Positions 49,679-63,333 of a stretch of DNA of 64,000 nt are shown here, piece after piece. Below the pieces are notes generated by a model. That model had not been told where the DNA came from. It made no database searches and saw only the letters and a program-made list of their open reading frames with translations. Numbering within the stretch: position 1 is the first letter of the stretch; each line of letters starts with the position of its first letter. Both the position numbers and the translations under genes were made by a program. Origin of the DNA: Eledone cirrhosa (Eukaryota); the NCBI GenBank assembly GCA_964016885.1, contig OZ024740.1, positions 425,196,001 through 425,260,000 of the forward strand, given 5' to 3'.

Positions 49679-49680
<2 letters not shown>
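49490..49680. mobile_element. (TA)n-flanked element with a degenerate hammerhead; rearranged inverted relative at 48361-48660
   Basis: CAGAAGA-T-CCC(GTTAA)GGG-T-GAAA-GCA..TGC; blocks match 48361-48417 and 48570-48660 in reverse complement. Confidence 0.6.
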
Positions 49681-49713
<33 letters not shown>

Positions 49714-49925
49714 TTATATATATATTTATATATATGTATAATTACATAATAAACAACACAATATAATTATTCCATTACCAAAAGTTTCAAGAAACGATTC
49801 TTACAGAAACGTTCATCAGATAAAATGATTATATTTTGGATATAAATTTTAAAATTGATATCTCGATACAAAGAGCTCTCTTCTTTCCTGAACATTTTCT
49901 ACGGAAATACTTAACAAACACACAC

Positions 49926-49969
<44 letters not shown>

Positions 49970-50018
49970 AGGTAGTAGTAGTAGAAGAAGAAGAGGAAAC
50001 GGTATTATTATTATTATA

Positions 50019-50186
50019 GGGCGGTGGATTGGCAGTATCGGTAGAGGGTCGGACGCCATGTTTTGACGCATAGAGTTACGGCCCTTGCCATTCTGAGTTC
50101 AAATTCCGCCGGGGTTGATAAAATAAAGTACCAGTAATACACTGGGTTAATTGCTTGCCTTGTGCCAAAAGTAGAAACAAATATTA
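50019..50186 (+). mobile_element. Meta-type SINE (internal deletion)
   Basis: Consensus match lacking the GCCTTTCATCC segment. Confidence 0.85.
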
Positions 50187-50594
50187 TTATTGTTTGAATG
50201 TGAACCCTTCAATTAATCAATCGCTTCATGTTTCCCAGGAGCAATACACTTGAAATCGAACGATACTTGGTAAATATTTAAATATTCAAAATAATAAATA
50301 GGGGGCAAAATTAAAAAAAGAAGAAACTTACATAAAACACATATAGTAACAACTCATAGCGTCTGATCTAGCGAACTTATTAGTTACAAATCAGGAGAGT
50401 TCGTTATGTAAGATAACTATGAATTTAAATTATACTCCAGTGTTAGAGAGTCAATTTAGAAAGAAATTAGAAAGTCCATTTGTATTAATTAAAAATTAGA
50501 TATTAAGTGAAGGGTGATTAATTTCTGTTTAATCTACCTTTTGAAATCCCAAACACGTGTTACTATTAAAACCACTTCTATTTATACCGGTCGC

Positions 50595-50830
50595 TCTCCG
50601 ACAGGTTTGCGATTGTACCCTTGGCAGTGGAGTCTTCTGGTGTCCTCGGCCCTAGGGCTACCTCCCTACTCACCATCATAGGCGCTGTCTGGCCAGCCAC
50701 ATGTGTGAGCCTCGCGGGCTGGAATGGCTTTTCCAGCGCGTCTCCCTTGCCGTCCTCCCGGGAAACGCCTTCTCCATTCTGTCCGCCGGTGCTGTGGGGA
50801 GGCCACCAATATGATTGACTGACTTGTCAT
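50595..50830 (+). mobile_element. CRE-like (restriction-like endonuclease) non-LTR element 3' fragment
   Basis: FAIVPLAVESSGVLGPRATSLL..IG /frameshift/ LEWLFQRVSLAVLPGNAFSIL; GC-rich island. Confidence 0.7.
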
Positions 50831-51074
50831 TTTATCAGTCAGATGTTTTTAGACATTTATTTATAACAAATATTGAAAAATGTTTAAAACTTGAACAATA
50901 TATAACAATTCTAGGTTTTAATTTAATCCAAAACCAAATCCTTTGAAATTATGTTCTCGATTTATCTTCAAAGAACTGACACTGCTTCATGGTATTTAGA
51001 TTAGCTTAAACAAACATGTAATGAAAGATTGTAAAATTATATTCGAGATATTCATGATATTATTTAATGCGAGA

Positions 51075-51243
51075 AGATGCTATGAAAGAGTTTATAAGAT
51101 AGAGTGAAGAACCTTAAAAGACGGAAAAAGAAGCTGCCATTGCCAGAGGAATTGAACGCCATGTCTTCTAGCAGCCGATGACAGCTCCTTTTACCGTCTT
51201 TTAAGGGTTTTCATTCCATTTTATAAATCATGTTATAGCATCT
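51075..51243. mobile_element. Old fold-back/MITE-like palindrome
   Basis: AGATGCTAT/ATAGCATCT, CCTTAAAAGACGG/CCGTCTTTTAAGG and AGCTGCCAT/ATGACAGCT nested inverted matches. Confidence 0.6.
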
Positions 51244-51362
51244 ACGTGCATGGGCACATCATTTTTATATTTACTATATCTTCTCAGCCCTTTGTGGGAG
51301 TCTGAGAGACCGGCTAAGTATACATGATGTTTGAATGATATTTATTGTTATCATTTGGCAGT

Positions 51363-53612
51363 AAGCGGTGGTTGGGCAGTATCGCAAGAGGATCGGACGC
51401 CATGCTTTGCAGCATAGAGTTACGTCCCTTTACGGCCTGAGTTCAAATCCCGCTGACGTTAACTTTGCCTTTCATCCTTACGGGGTCGATAAAATAAAGT
51501 ACCAGTAACGTACTGATTTAATTGCTGGCCTTATGCCAAAAGTAGAACAAATTATTCTTCAGTGTCGTACATCAACATTTCGTAATAACTAAATTATAAT
51601 AATAACAATTCTTGTAAATAAATATTAATATAACGACCTGTCCAGACGGAAATCTTGTGCTTTCAGTCGTTTAACGCCAAGGAAACCGTGTTAAAGACCA
51701 TCCCGAGGTCCCTCCAGGCTCGAGACAGACTTTAAACATCTCTAATGTTGAGGTACCCATCTATCAAAACCGGTTTGATTTGAAATAATAGCGAAAGAAA
51801 CTAGAAACAAAATGCGTTAAATTCGAAAGCTGTACAAATTTTGTCATAGAGAAATATCTGTGTTCACTCGACGTACTAGAAATAGCAATCAAATCCTCAA
51901 AATATTACTCTAACGTCTTAAAGAACACATCAGATAAATCAGTACAAGACACTGCCTTTGAATAAAAGACATGGAGCTTGTGAACATAAATCCTTTAATT
52001 ATAAAGTTTATAAAGTTTATTCAATCTTATGCCTGGAGAGTTTAACATTACGATAGACTGGCGTCATGTCAAGGGGAATTTAGACTATTGACGCAACTCT
52101 GGTTATACAATATTTACAAATACTAGAAAAAAACACGTATTAAATTATTTTTAGAAACATAAAATCACGAGTGTGCTTTTAAAGAAGAGCTTCTAATAAT
52201 TTGTTACTTATTGGGTCCAGACATCTGTTTTTAATGTTCTCTAAATCATTATAAAACATTCAACTTGATTTATTAAATGTGTTTTAATTTTCTAACTGTA
52301 ATGTACAGGAAACATAAAAATTGATGTTTTGCAGAGAATTATAAGTAGAGTTGTTATCTGTTTTTATAATTAGGGTGGTGGATTGGCAGCATTGGTAGAG
52401 CATCGGAAAATATGATTTGCGACATGTAGTTACGTCCTTTTGCGTTCTAAGATAAAGTCCTGCCGAGGATTTCTTTGCCTTTCATCCTCACGGGGTCGAT
52501 CAAATAAAATACCAGTAACGCACTTGGGTCGATTTAATCGACTTTCTCCCCACCCCAAATTGTTGGTCTTGTGCCTAAATCAGAAACCATTATCTGATAT
52601 TATAGTGTGTTATTTTGACAGTATCCTGGCCATTACATACTTGCAAATATTTCCTTGAATTTTAATGTGCGAAACGTATATGTTTATTTCTACAAGGAAT
52701 TTGTGTTACGTATAATTAATAAATGTTTCTACTTTTGGCACAAGGCCAGCAATTATCCCAGTGTATTACTGGTACTTTATTTTATCGACCCCGTAAGGTT
52801 GAAAGGCAAAGTTAACCCCGGCGGGATTTGAACTCAGATCGTAAAGGGCCGTAACTCTATGCTGCAAAGCATGGCGTCCGACCCTCTACCGATACTGCCA
52901 ATCCGACCCTATAATTAATAATACTAGAAATATATCAGAAAGTAAACATCTGATTATTTTTGATACTCAGATTCGTACATTATCCTCTTGCTTATTTGTG
53001 TATGGTTTGCCTAACTGATTATAATCAGTACAGTATAGCTGCAATATTTTCATCTAATATTTACATGTTTACGCCACTTAAAACTTGTCAGTATATTACA
53101 GAAATATAAGTTACGAGTGATAATAATATTTTAGTTTCTAATGGGAAGTTTCCTCGGAATCTTAATGGTTTTTGATTTAGGCACCAGACCAACCATTTTG
53201 GCGGAGGGGAAAGTCAATTAAATAGATCCCAATGCAGTACTGGTGCTTTAATTTATCAACCACGAATGGATGAAAGGCAAAGCTTAATACGGCAGAATTT
53301 GAACTCAGAACGTAATGTAGTGTAACTATATGCCGTAAAGCATATAGACCGGCGCTCTACCGACACTGCCATTACACCGCTCTCAGAACATTATTAATAA
53401 TGATTTCTAGTATAGGCACAATGCCAGTAATTTGGGGAGGGGAAAATCGATTAAATCGACCCCAGTGCATGACTGGTACTTTATTTTATCGACCTCGTGA
53501 GGATGAAAGGCAAAGATAACCTCGGTGGGATTTGAACTCAGAATGTAAAGGATCGTAACTCTATGCTGCACAGCATGGTACCTGATTCTCTACCGATACT
53601 GCCAATCCACCG
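51363..53612. mobile_element. Five dispersed Meta-type SINEs (51363-51555 +, 52372-52592 +, 52720-52910 -, 53165-53382 -, 53398-53612 -)
   Basis: Consensus matches. Confidence 0.85.
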
Positions 53613-53639
53613 CTCTCAGAACATTATTAATAATAGAAG

Positions 53640-54017
53640 TATTCTCGAATAATCATCTCCCCAGCCCGCTTATTCATTTTTCAGATTTTTTTCCAACCCC
53701 ACCACTGTTATTCCATCCCACCTGCTTATTAAATGTTGTTAATCTATCTCCACCGAAATGTTATTTTTAGTGGTAGCATCCCTGTGACAATTAATTTTCT
53801 TTATGCATTAAAAAACATTATACATAACCAAAAAAGAACATTAGAAGATATCTCATACGTTATAAAATAAATAGTAAGGGTTGGGGTCTCAATATGTAAA
53901 GTAAATTACTAATTCTGGTTTTAAGAACATCAAGAGAGACAACCTACAAAAATTACCAATTTTCCACCTTCCCACTTATTCTACCTCTGCCCCCCTAATA
54001 TTTGGGATCCGAGAGTA
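53640..54017. mobile_element. MITE-like remnant with TA ends
   Basis: TATTCTCG.. / ..CGAGAGTA termini with repeated CCC..CTTATT subterminal motifs. Confidence 0.4.
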
Positions 54018-55112
54018 CCTCAAAGAGTCTTACTTTACCTTATAAAACAATATACAATACTTATATCAATGGAGTTCAATGAAGAGAGCATCTTCAGATT
54101 ATCCAAGTAGATATTATTTGCTATAATAAGATCCATGCAATATAAATAATATCTGAAGTATAAAAGTATATTTCCATACTCTATCGGAATGTGAAGCTTG
54201 CGACACCCTTTGCGAGAAGTTAGCCAGGATGGAATAACAAGATATTTATTGGTATTTTTTTAAAAAGCAAATATCACTATAACTAGCGAATAATGACTAC
54301 GATATATCGATTTTTATAATATACTAAATAGTAATTACAATCAATACTAATATTATGTGGTTATCGAATATTATTTTTTAAAGCTTTGATTATAGGTATA
54401 TCAATTAAATTGATTCTAACTAATGGTGCCATTTCGCTGCAATTAAACCGAGATTGTTTTGGGGGTAGTAATAAATTAAATTCAAAATGTTTACATGATA
54501 TGCTGAGACCTGTAGAGACATGTTTGCAATCCAGATTGCACGGCCCTTAATAAGTACTGCACTTGTCTTACTCTGATATTGTTTGTGGGAAAAAAAAGTT
54601 TCCCGATTGTTTAATTTTGTAGCTTTTCAGCTAAATAATTTAGTACAATATCGCTAGTTGTGGCTGGGATTATGAGTGAGGAGATATAGGGTTTATTTTA
54701 GTCACTAAATATATTTATATTTAGAGGTAGAAGTCTGTGCTCAAAATTCTTGCAAAACTCTCTGAGTTATTGGGTTAAAACGAAGGCTTCTGGTGAAATA
54801 ATTCCAACGTGTTCCAAGGTGTTGAATATAAAAACTAAGCGCTCTTTCATAAATATAACCATTATAGACTCAATAAAATACACGGTCCACGCGTTCAGTA
54901 AACCCAATTTGCATTGATAGTTTGTCAAACAAATATATATATGAATGTTACTGAACCTTAGTTGGAAATTATCATTAAACGGAAAATATGAGAAAGAAAA
55001 CTTTGAAACTTTAATCAAGTTTGGGAAATTGTGAAAAATGAATAGTAATAAATATATAAATATAAAAAGATTCAAATTAATAAAAATGCTATAATGACAT
55101 CAGAGGTTCACT

Positions 55113-55365
55113 CTTCTTCTTTTTCTTCTTCTTCTTCTTCTTCTTCTTGAGAGAGTTGTGGGGGCAGAGCCCTGTAACAGTCCTTCCAGCGGGTCCTGTC
55201 AGAAGCAACCATCTCCAGGTGATCCAGCTGGATCTCCAAGCAAGACCAGCCTCGATTAAGGATGTTATCCCACCATCTTGCATGGGGTCTACCCCTGGGT
55301 CTCCGGCCGGTTGGGTTTGCCCATAAAATTTGTCCAGATTCTTTCCTGAGTCATTCTAACTACAT
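55113..55365 (-). mobile_element. RTE LINE 3' end with (AAG)n tail
   Basis: WAKPTGRRPRGRP motif on minus; (CTT)n on plus at 55113-55148. Confidence 0.75.
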
Positions 55366-55555
55366 GTCCATAATATCGGATATATAAATATATATATATA
55401 TAGTATTAAGGATACTATTGATGGTTATGTATATACTAAAACTTGTTATAGTTATAGTATTAAGGATACTATTGATGGTTATGTATATACTAAAACTTGT
55501 TATAGTTATATATATTTTAAACCCTAAACAGTGAAAGAGCACCAATACTAATTCC

Positions 55556-55631
<76 letters not shown>

Positions 55632-55914
55632 AAAGTTCCATTTAAAATTGTTGGGATACAACAAGTAAATATTTTATAACTGATATAAAGCACTCGACAA
55701 GTTTTTGGAGTAGATATACGATATTAAATAAATTTAAAAAATGGAAATATTGTGAAATAATTATGACAGAAAATGTAAAAAATAGATTGGCTTGTGTCAT
55801 TTTTCCTTTTATTTCTTCTTCGCTGTTAGTGTTTACTTGAAATGAGAAAACCATAAAACGCTCGCACACGTGTGTGTATGTGTGTTACTGTATTTTTAGT
55901 GTATATGTATGTTA

Positions 55915-55952
55915 TATATATATATATATATATACATTTATATATATATGTA

Positions 55953-56002
<50 letters not shown>

Positions 56003-56247
56003 ATATATATATTATATATATATATATATTATATATATATTATATATATATATATATATTATATATATATATTATATATATATATATTATATATATATAT
56101 ATATTATATATATATATTATATATATATATATTATATATTATATATATATATATATTATATATATTATATATATATATATTATATATATATATTATATAT
56201 ATTATATATATATATATTATATATATATATTATATATATTATATATA

Positions 56248-56293
<46 letters not shown>

Positions 56294-56480
56294 TATATAT
56301 AATATATATATATATTATATATATATATATTATATATATATATATTATATATATTATATATATATATATATTATATATATATATATATTATATATATATA
56401 TTATATATATATATATTATATATATATATTATATATATATATTATATATATATATATTATATATATATATATTATATATA

Positions 56481-56555
<75 letters not shown>

Positions 56556-56560
56556 TATAT
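55915..56560. repeat. (TA)n array with TT interruptions
   Basis: Direct. Confidence 0.95.
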
Positions 56561-56720
56561 ATGTATATGTACATTTATATATGTCTGTGTGTGGGTGTTA
56601 TATACATGTATATCTTTTACAAGGCACATGCAGGCATTTATAGAATTGTTTTCATTTGAAAAATATGGAAAGATAGACACTTGTATGTATGTATGTATGT
56701 ATGTATGTATATATATATAT

Positions 56721-56987
56721 ATATCAGAGTTTTCCTTCTCCTAGAATTCTGCCTTGACAAAGGCGAAGGGGTCATCTCTCCCGGTGATTTTTGGATGGCC
56801 ATTGTCTCTTAAGAGCTCCTTTGCCCTTTGACAGGTTTTGGTTTTAGTCCTGCATGATGTTCAAAGTCACCCTCCTCACCAAGAAACCTTGGTGGGGTTG
56901 CCAATTTAGTCGCCAACGACCCGACCATGAGACAGGTTGTACTGGCATACATGTTACCAGTAGCACCAACTGGTAACCTGACATACA

Positions 56988-57021
<34 letters not shown>

Positions 57022-58081
57022 CATATATATATACATATACATATATATATATACATATATATATACATATATATATATACATATATATATACATATATAT
57101 ATACATATACATATATATATATACACACATATATGGTGGCTGCCAACTTGTTTTCGAGTAAGGCCACTACTTTATATCCATGTAGGAGAATCCCTACCGA
57201 TGCGCTGAACAAGTGTGACTTTTTAGTCCAGCCAGCGACTTGAAAACTCTGGTACAAATGCTACACTTGTGACAATTATTGACACATAGTGCTGGGCTCA
57301 TGGTACCATGTGATGACAAGTGCAGAGAGATCTCCAGATATAAAGCAATGCTTGTGCCGTGAAGCTTTTATAGTGAGCAAAGGCATTGCACAAAGCCAAT
57401 ACCACTCTCTTAACCAAGATGATTTTTACCAAAAAGAAGAACAAGTCAACATCATTGGATACCATCAGGTTTGCAGGTGTTATATCAGAGTTTTCCTTCT
57501 CCTAGAATCCGGCCTTGACAAAGGCTAAGGGGTCATCTCTCCCGCTGATTTTGGATGGCCATTGACTCTTAAGAGCTTCTTTGCTCTTTGACAGGTTTTG
57601 ATTTTAGTCCTGCAGGATGTCCAAAGTCACCCTCCTCACCAAGAAACCTTGGTGGGGTTGCCAGTTTAGTCGCCAACGACCCGACCATGAGCCAGGTTGT
57701 ACTGGGATACATGTTACCAGTAGCACCAACTGATGACCTGACATACTCTGATGGTATCCAATGATGTTGACTTGTTCTTCTTTTTGGTAAATATCATCTT
57801 GGTTAAGAGAGTGGGACTGGCTTTGTGCAGTGCCTTTGCTCACTATAAAAGCTTCACGGCACAGGCATTGCTTTATATCTGGAGATCTCTCTGCACTTGT
57901 CGTCACATGGTACCATGGGCCCAGCACTATGTGTCAATAATTGTCACAAGTGTAGTGTTTGTACCAGAGTTTTCAAGTCGCTGGCTGGACTAAAAAGCCA
58001 CACTCGTTCAGCGCATCGGTAGGAGTTCTCCTACATGGATATAAAGTAGTGGCCATACTCGAAAACGAGTTGGCAGCCACC

Positions 58082-58083
<2 letters not shown>
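56721..58083. mobile_element. Non-coding ~615-bp element (57130-57745, minus) with an inverted 3'-half copy (57747-58083) and a second 5'-half copy (56721-56985); RTE-5'UTR-like
   Basis: Internal direct and inverted matches visible; the minus strand contains CTAGGAGAAGGAAAACTCTGA and TAAACTGGCAACCCCAC, which I recall from RTE 5' leaders. Confidence 0.7.
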
Positions 58084-58127
<44 letters not shown>

Positions 58128-58131
58128 ATGT

Positions 58132-58165
<34 letters not shown>

Positions 58166-58732
58166 TCATACATACATATATATGCCCATACGTACACTCA
58201 TCTATATAAATTTATGCATATATGCCGGGGGTAGAGGTGACATGATATGGATGTAGAGTATTTAAAATGGATAGGTTCTAAACATATATGAGACACATTA
58301 AAGAAGCAGCTGCTATCTTAGAAGCAACAATGTGAACAAACTCATTCATGCTTCAAAAGAACGTTTTGCTATTGAAAATAGTTACGGAGATTTACGAATA
58401 TTTTCTTGACGGGAACAGATCACTTTCGTTCTCCCCGTTTCCTCATTCTTTCCCTTCTATTTTTCTCAATCTCATTTTTCTTTCGTATATTTTTGTGTCG
58501 TTAATATGAGTATTACATTATATCATTATATTCCTTGACTAGCAACACCCGAAGCCATTTCACCTGCTATGAGGTTTCTTATTTCTATTCTGGTGCATAC
58601 ATTTATAGGGTTTTATTATCTTGTTAATAATTTCTTTCGTTAGCTGTTTGTTGAAAGTATAACACTCAAATTGTTTCATTTCTTTAAAGATTTTGATTGT
58701 TTTTCCTTAATTTAGTTCTCTAATTAAGTGTT

Positions 58733-58985
58733 GTGGAGGCGCGTGGCCTAGTGGTAAGGGTGTTGGTCATAGGATCATAATGTGGTGGGTTCTAGACTGG
58801 GTTGTGAGTCGTGTTCTTGAGCAAACCACTTCATTTCGCGCTGCGCCGGTATACTCAGCTGAAACTGAGTACTGCGGTGGACTGGCGTCCTGTTCAGTGG
58901 GAAGTCTGGCACACTCAGTCGCTTCACGGCACGAAACAGGGATAAGCATCGGCCTGGTGTGCTTTCTGGCTTAAGACAGACTTTT
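58733..58985 (+). mobile_element. Second SINE family copy (CORE-like)
   Basis: TGGCCTAGTGGTAAG A box; TTCTTGAGCAAACCACTT; GACTGGCGTCCTGTTCAG; paralogue of 31297. Confidence 0.7.
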
Positions 58986-59924
58986 AGATCTTAATTAAGC
59001 GATACTAGGAGCGTGCTCAAAGCCCCCTACCAAAAAAGCAGGAGAATATGCTAGCAACATTTTACTATTTCACGTCTATAATTCGGGGTATACCGATCTT
59101 TATTGTCTAGCTCTTTACACTTATTGCTAACTAAACTCTTACTTTAACAACCATTTTAATTATTCACCTCTAAGTTAACTGAAATTTCAATCTTAATGAG
59201 GATAAATGTCATTAACGTTAATAAAAATGTATTCTCAGTGGAGGCAAGGGAGAGAACCGTCGCATTGCAATCAGCTATAAATTAATTTCCAATTCAAGGA
59301 AGATGGGACAATGATTCTGAACTTTGGCAGGTATGGTGAAATTTGCGGATGCATTTTGATCCCGTTGGGTCTCATCAGCAACGCATGAGCCACTAATAGT
59401 GACCATGGGCTTAATAGAAGTAATTTTTTCTAAGAGTCCCTTTTGCGTGATTAACATATAATTATGTGCAGACAACCATACTAGGGTTTTTGAGAAGTGA
59501 ATAAGTTTTATTTCATCTAAATAACAGCTTTCGAGAGAAAAATATTACTAGTGCTAAGAAAAATAAATTATCACAAAGCGCATGGGGAGATAACTCCTGG
59601 AACATGCTCAGACAATTATTCTAAAATGTAAAAGGCAAAGAAAAAGTGTGTCTGTGGGTGCTGGGTACTAAAAACAATTTGTAATTAACTGAAATTAATG
59701 CCTCAAATGATAAAATAAAGTCATTAGCGGTATTAAAATGCAGAATATACCTTTGGGAATGTTTCTAATGCTTTTTTTTGTTAATTTGCCAATTTTATTA
59801 GACACTCTTAAATATTGGTGACCCTCGATGGACCATATTTCACTGAAGAATCCTAAGGTTCAAGCTCAAACCTCGACCCTCTGTAATCGGTAAGATTATA
59901 TTTAAGATTATATTTAGGTACAGT

Positions 59925-60190
59925 TGCTACTATTCCGAATTGAGATATCACAGCTCTGATATTACGGACATGTGGTTAAATGTGTCAGGAAAGAATCACT
60001 GGGTAGATTTAAGAAATCACAGCACCGATATTACGGACGTGGTTAGAATGTATAAGGAAATAATCACTGGATTGATTTTACGGGCAAAACCAGCCGACAG
60101 GAGACCCAGGGGTGGATTCCGAAGAAATTGGCTGTTTAATTTTCACTGGCTCAGCTGGTCTCACTTGAAGATCCATGCGGATCAGTTGGA
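59925..60190 (+). mobile_element. RTE LINE 3' fragment (internal duplication)
   Basis: Homologous to 10170-10410; RAKPADRRPRG. Confidence 0.65.
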
Positions 60191-60479
60191 TACGGTTGCT
60201 TTTGACCTACCCATCGAAAACTTTAGATTGATTTTAGTAGATCATATCCCTACTGAAGACAGGTATATTACATATTCTCTATTCAAAGTATCACACGATA
60301 ATAATCTGCTGCCCACTCCCGTCCACTTCTCTAACACGAAACATCAAATTCTTTGCAATTGTCTTGATCAAAATGTTCACCTCCGTGTTAGAAGCTGGAC
60401 ATTGTCAATCATGTCAATTTTTAAGTTCTGTTTCAAACATTCCCCCCATAACTCGGCTAAAACAGTTAGGAAGGTCCCA

Positions 60480-60915
60480 AGATTGTTGCCAACATCTATG
60501 TAAAAATAAAGTATTTCGTGACTTTACGTACTTGTCATTTCTCTTATTGGAATTTGCTGCACTGAAAGGTGTCTGTAAACATTTCTGTGTTAGATGAGAC
60601 AAAAAACATCGACTATCTCACGTCCATCAATGTTATGATAGACAATCTGTGTGATCAATACAATCGGTCGTTCGAATATCTCTACCTATTTCCTCCATCT
60701 TATTCATTATTACACTTTAATATACAAATGTCGGTCGAAAAGTTCATAGTCCGATTATGGAAGAGTGATGCTAGAGCTGCGAAATTCTGCATGCACTATC
60801 TTCAATTCTTATAAATAACTGCATTGTTTCTTTCCATGAACTAGTTTGAAAAGTAAACCTCATTTGGTCATTCCATGAGAGTATCTTGGTCAGCCTATAA
60901 ACTTTTCAGCCTATT
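60480..60915 (-). mobile_element. Mariner-like remnant
   Basis: Terminal region matches 12505-12545 inverted; left boundary uncertain. Confidence 0.4.
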
Positions 60916-61207
60916 TAAACTATTCATATTAATAACTTAATTGTTCCTTTCCAGGGACTATGTTGAAAAATAAAGCACATTAAGTCGTTTCTAGAGAGTA
61001 TCTGGGTCAGACATGAACTTTTTAGTCGACCCTGGTATTCTCTGGAGCGGCTATATATACGGTTGTGTGTGTAGGTATCTTTCATTATCCAGCCTCTGCT
61101 TATATTTCCAAAATTTTAACAAAATTTTCTTCACAAATCTTGGTGTCGTATATACCACTCCCCCATTTAGGGGTAGTACCTCTTATTGCTTCACCAGGCA
61201 AAGAAAT

Positions 61208-61277
<70 letters not shown>

Positions 61278-61280
<3 letters not shown>

Positions 61281-62840
61281 CAGTGAGAGCAATGTTGAAT
61301 TCCGTGGGATTGATACCAGTGAGCTGGAACTCCTACTTAAACTTACCTATAGTAATAATGATCTAGATACATATGGCCTTAGCTACCTGTGCCCTACAAG
61401 ACCAGCAAAAGGCAGACCACGTACCATTACCTCAATGGCCAAGAAAACCCACACAGATAGATGGAACGGGTGGACTAGAGCCCTACGGACCCCCGAAAAT
61501 CACGATGAACTAAAGAAAATGATTGCACATGCGGTGGGGGCCAGCATAAAATTAACCCTTAAGGAACATATGTTCAAATTTAATGGAAAAACATATGTCC
61601 AAGATGAGGGAGCAGCCATTGGTGTTAGCATTGCAGGCGACATAGCTAACCTATTCATTGTATGGTGGGACAGTAGACTTAAACTTAAACTTAAAGAACA
61701 ATTAGAAGACCCCTTAACCCTGATAATGTACTCCCGCTACGTTGATGATATAAACATCGTAGTTAAAACACCCCCACTAGAGAACAGTCAGGAACTAGAG
61801 AAAAACACAATGGAAAGCATCCAGCAAATAGCTAACTCCATCCACCAGAGTATTAGAGTTACTATAGACTACCCAAGCAAACATCCCAACCATCGATTAC
61901 CTGTACTAGACACAGAGCTGTGGTTAGATACCATCAATAACAAAAAACAAATCCTCCATTCCCATTATGCCAAACCCATGACTTCCAAATATCTGATCCA
62001 CCGAAACTCAGCTCTTTCGGACCATACCAAAATCAACATACTGATTGCGGATTTGGTACGGGTGATGAGAAACGTGTCCCGAATGTGCAACCCCGAAGAA
62101 CTAGAGAGACACATACAACACTTCATCCACCGTATGCAGTTCTCTGGTTACAATCAGAGAGATAAAATCAGAGTATATAGAGGAGCCAGAACCAAATGGG
62201 AAAAAATGGTAAATAACGACACAAATGGGACCTGCCCCTTGTATAGGAGCAAATTTTGGAATAGAATAGAAAGAACTAGGAATAAAGCTAATAGAATAAA
62301 CTCATGGTATGATAGCAATAAATACCAGAGTGTAATGTTCATCGATACAACCCCTAGAGGTGAATTAGCTTACAAATTTAGAAGGGCCCTAGATAAATAT
62401 AAACTCAATATTAAGATAGTAGAAAGACCAGGTACCTCCATAAAAACACTTATTAGCAATACATATCCTTTTCAAAGACCTCCCTGTATAGATAAGAAAT
62501 GTATAATCTGTAAATTAAGCCCCCATATTAACTGTAAAACTAGAAATGTAGTATATAGCATAAGATGTACTGAAGGACAATGTAGAGATACAAATATAGT
62601 GTACATAGGTGAGACAGCTCGTAGTATAGGGGAACGGATAAATGAACACTGGCGAGACCTTCAAGATAGTAAAGAATCATCTGTACTCTACCAACATGCT
62701 AAAGTGAACATAAGAGTAAATTAGAGAACATAGAAATAAAAATAGAATCCACACACAGAAAAGACGCAATATTTAGAAAAATCACAAAGGCAATAAACAT
62801 AAATGAACTCCAACCAAAATTAAATAGAAAACATGAGTAG
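61278..62840 (+). pseudogene. Penelope-like RT + Cys-rich linker + C-terminal GIY-YIG endonuclease (5'-truncated; one frameshift at about 62707)
   Basis: FKFNGKTYVQDEGAAIG, YSRYVDDI, LPVLD, HYAKP, CIDKKCIIC..CKTRNVVYSIRC...YIGETARSIGERINEH; the shifted frame continues ..ITKAININELQPKLNRKHE*. Confidence 0.9.
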
Positions 62841-63068
62841 AACAGCAACATCACAACTTATAATTAAGGACAAAATGAAAACACACACGCACATAGAAAA
62901 AACAACCAACCAGTAACATGTAAATAAACAAATAAATAAACGAATATAAACACACACAGACACCCGGATGTAACACATGCGCAAACTAAGCACACAACAC
63001 ACACTCAAAGACGAGATGGCGTAGGACAGAACAAAGGAGAGGCACAAAAACAAAGAAAATAATCCCCA

Positions 63069-63111
63069 GTCACTGAAGAGGTCACATAATGTGTGACGAA
63101 AGAACTTTGAC
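63069..63111 (+). ncRNA. Variant minimal hammerhead in the Penelope 3' region
   Basis: GTCA-CTGAAGA-G-GTCACA(TAATG)TGTGAC-GAAA-GAAC-TT-TGAC. Confidence 0.6.
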
Positions 63112-63333
63112 AATATATAAACAATCATCTGGTTGTGGAACCAACCAACCAGCCAGAAATTTATAAATTCCTAAGTTTATTAATTTATAATTTATAAATT
63201 TATTATAATAAATTGAAGTGAAACAACTGGTGCGTGTGTTTCTTATTGGCAGCATGACCCTCCCAAAGTATAACAATATCGGTTTCAACACACGTTTTCA
63301 GATAAAGAATCTTGCTAAACAAATTCAGAAACG

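Noticed and set aside
57730-57760. CTGATGA as a hammerhead core
   Set aside because: No stem II or GAAA follows, and the paralogous copy reads CTGGTAA
61186-61277. N-terminus of the 512-aa ORF
   Set aside because: Read-through of the flanking (TA)n; the element begins at about 61278 and is 5'-truncated
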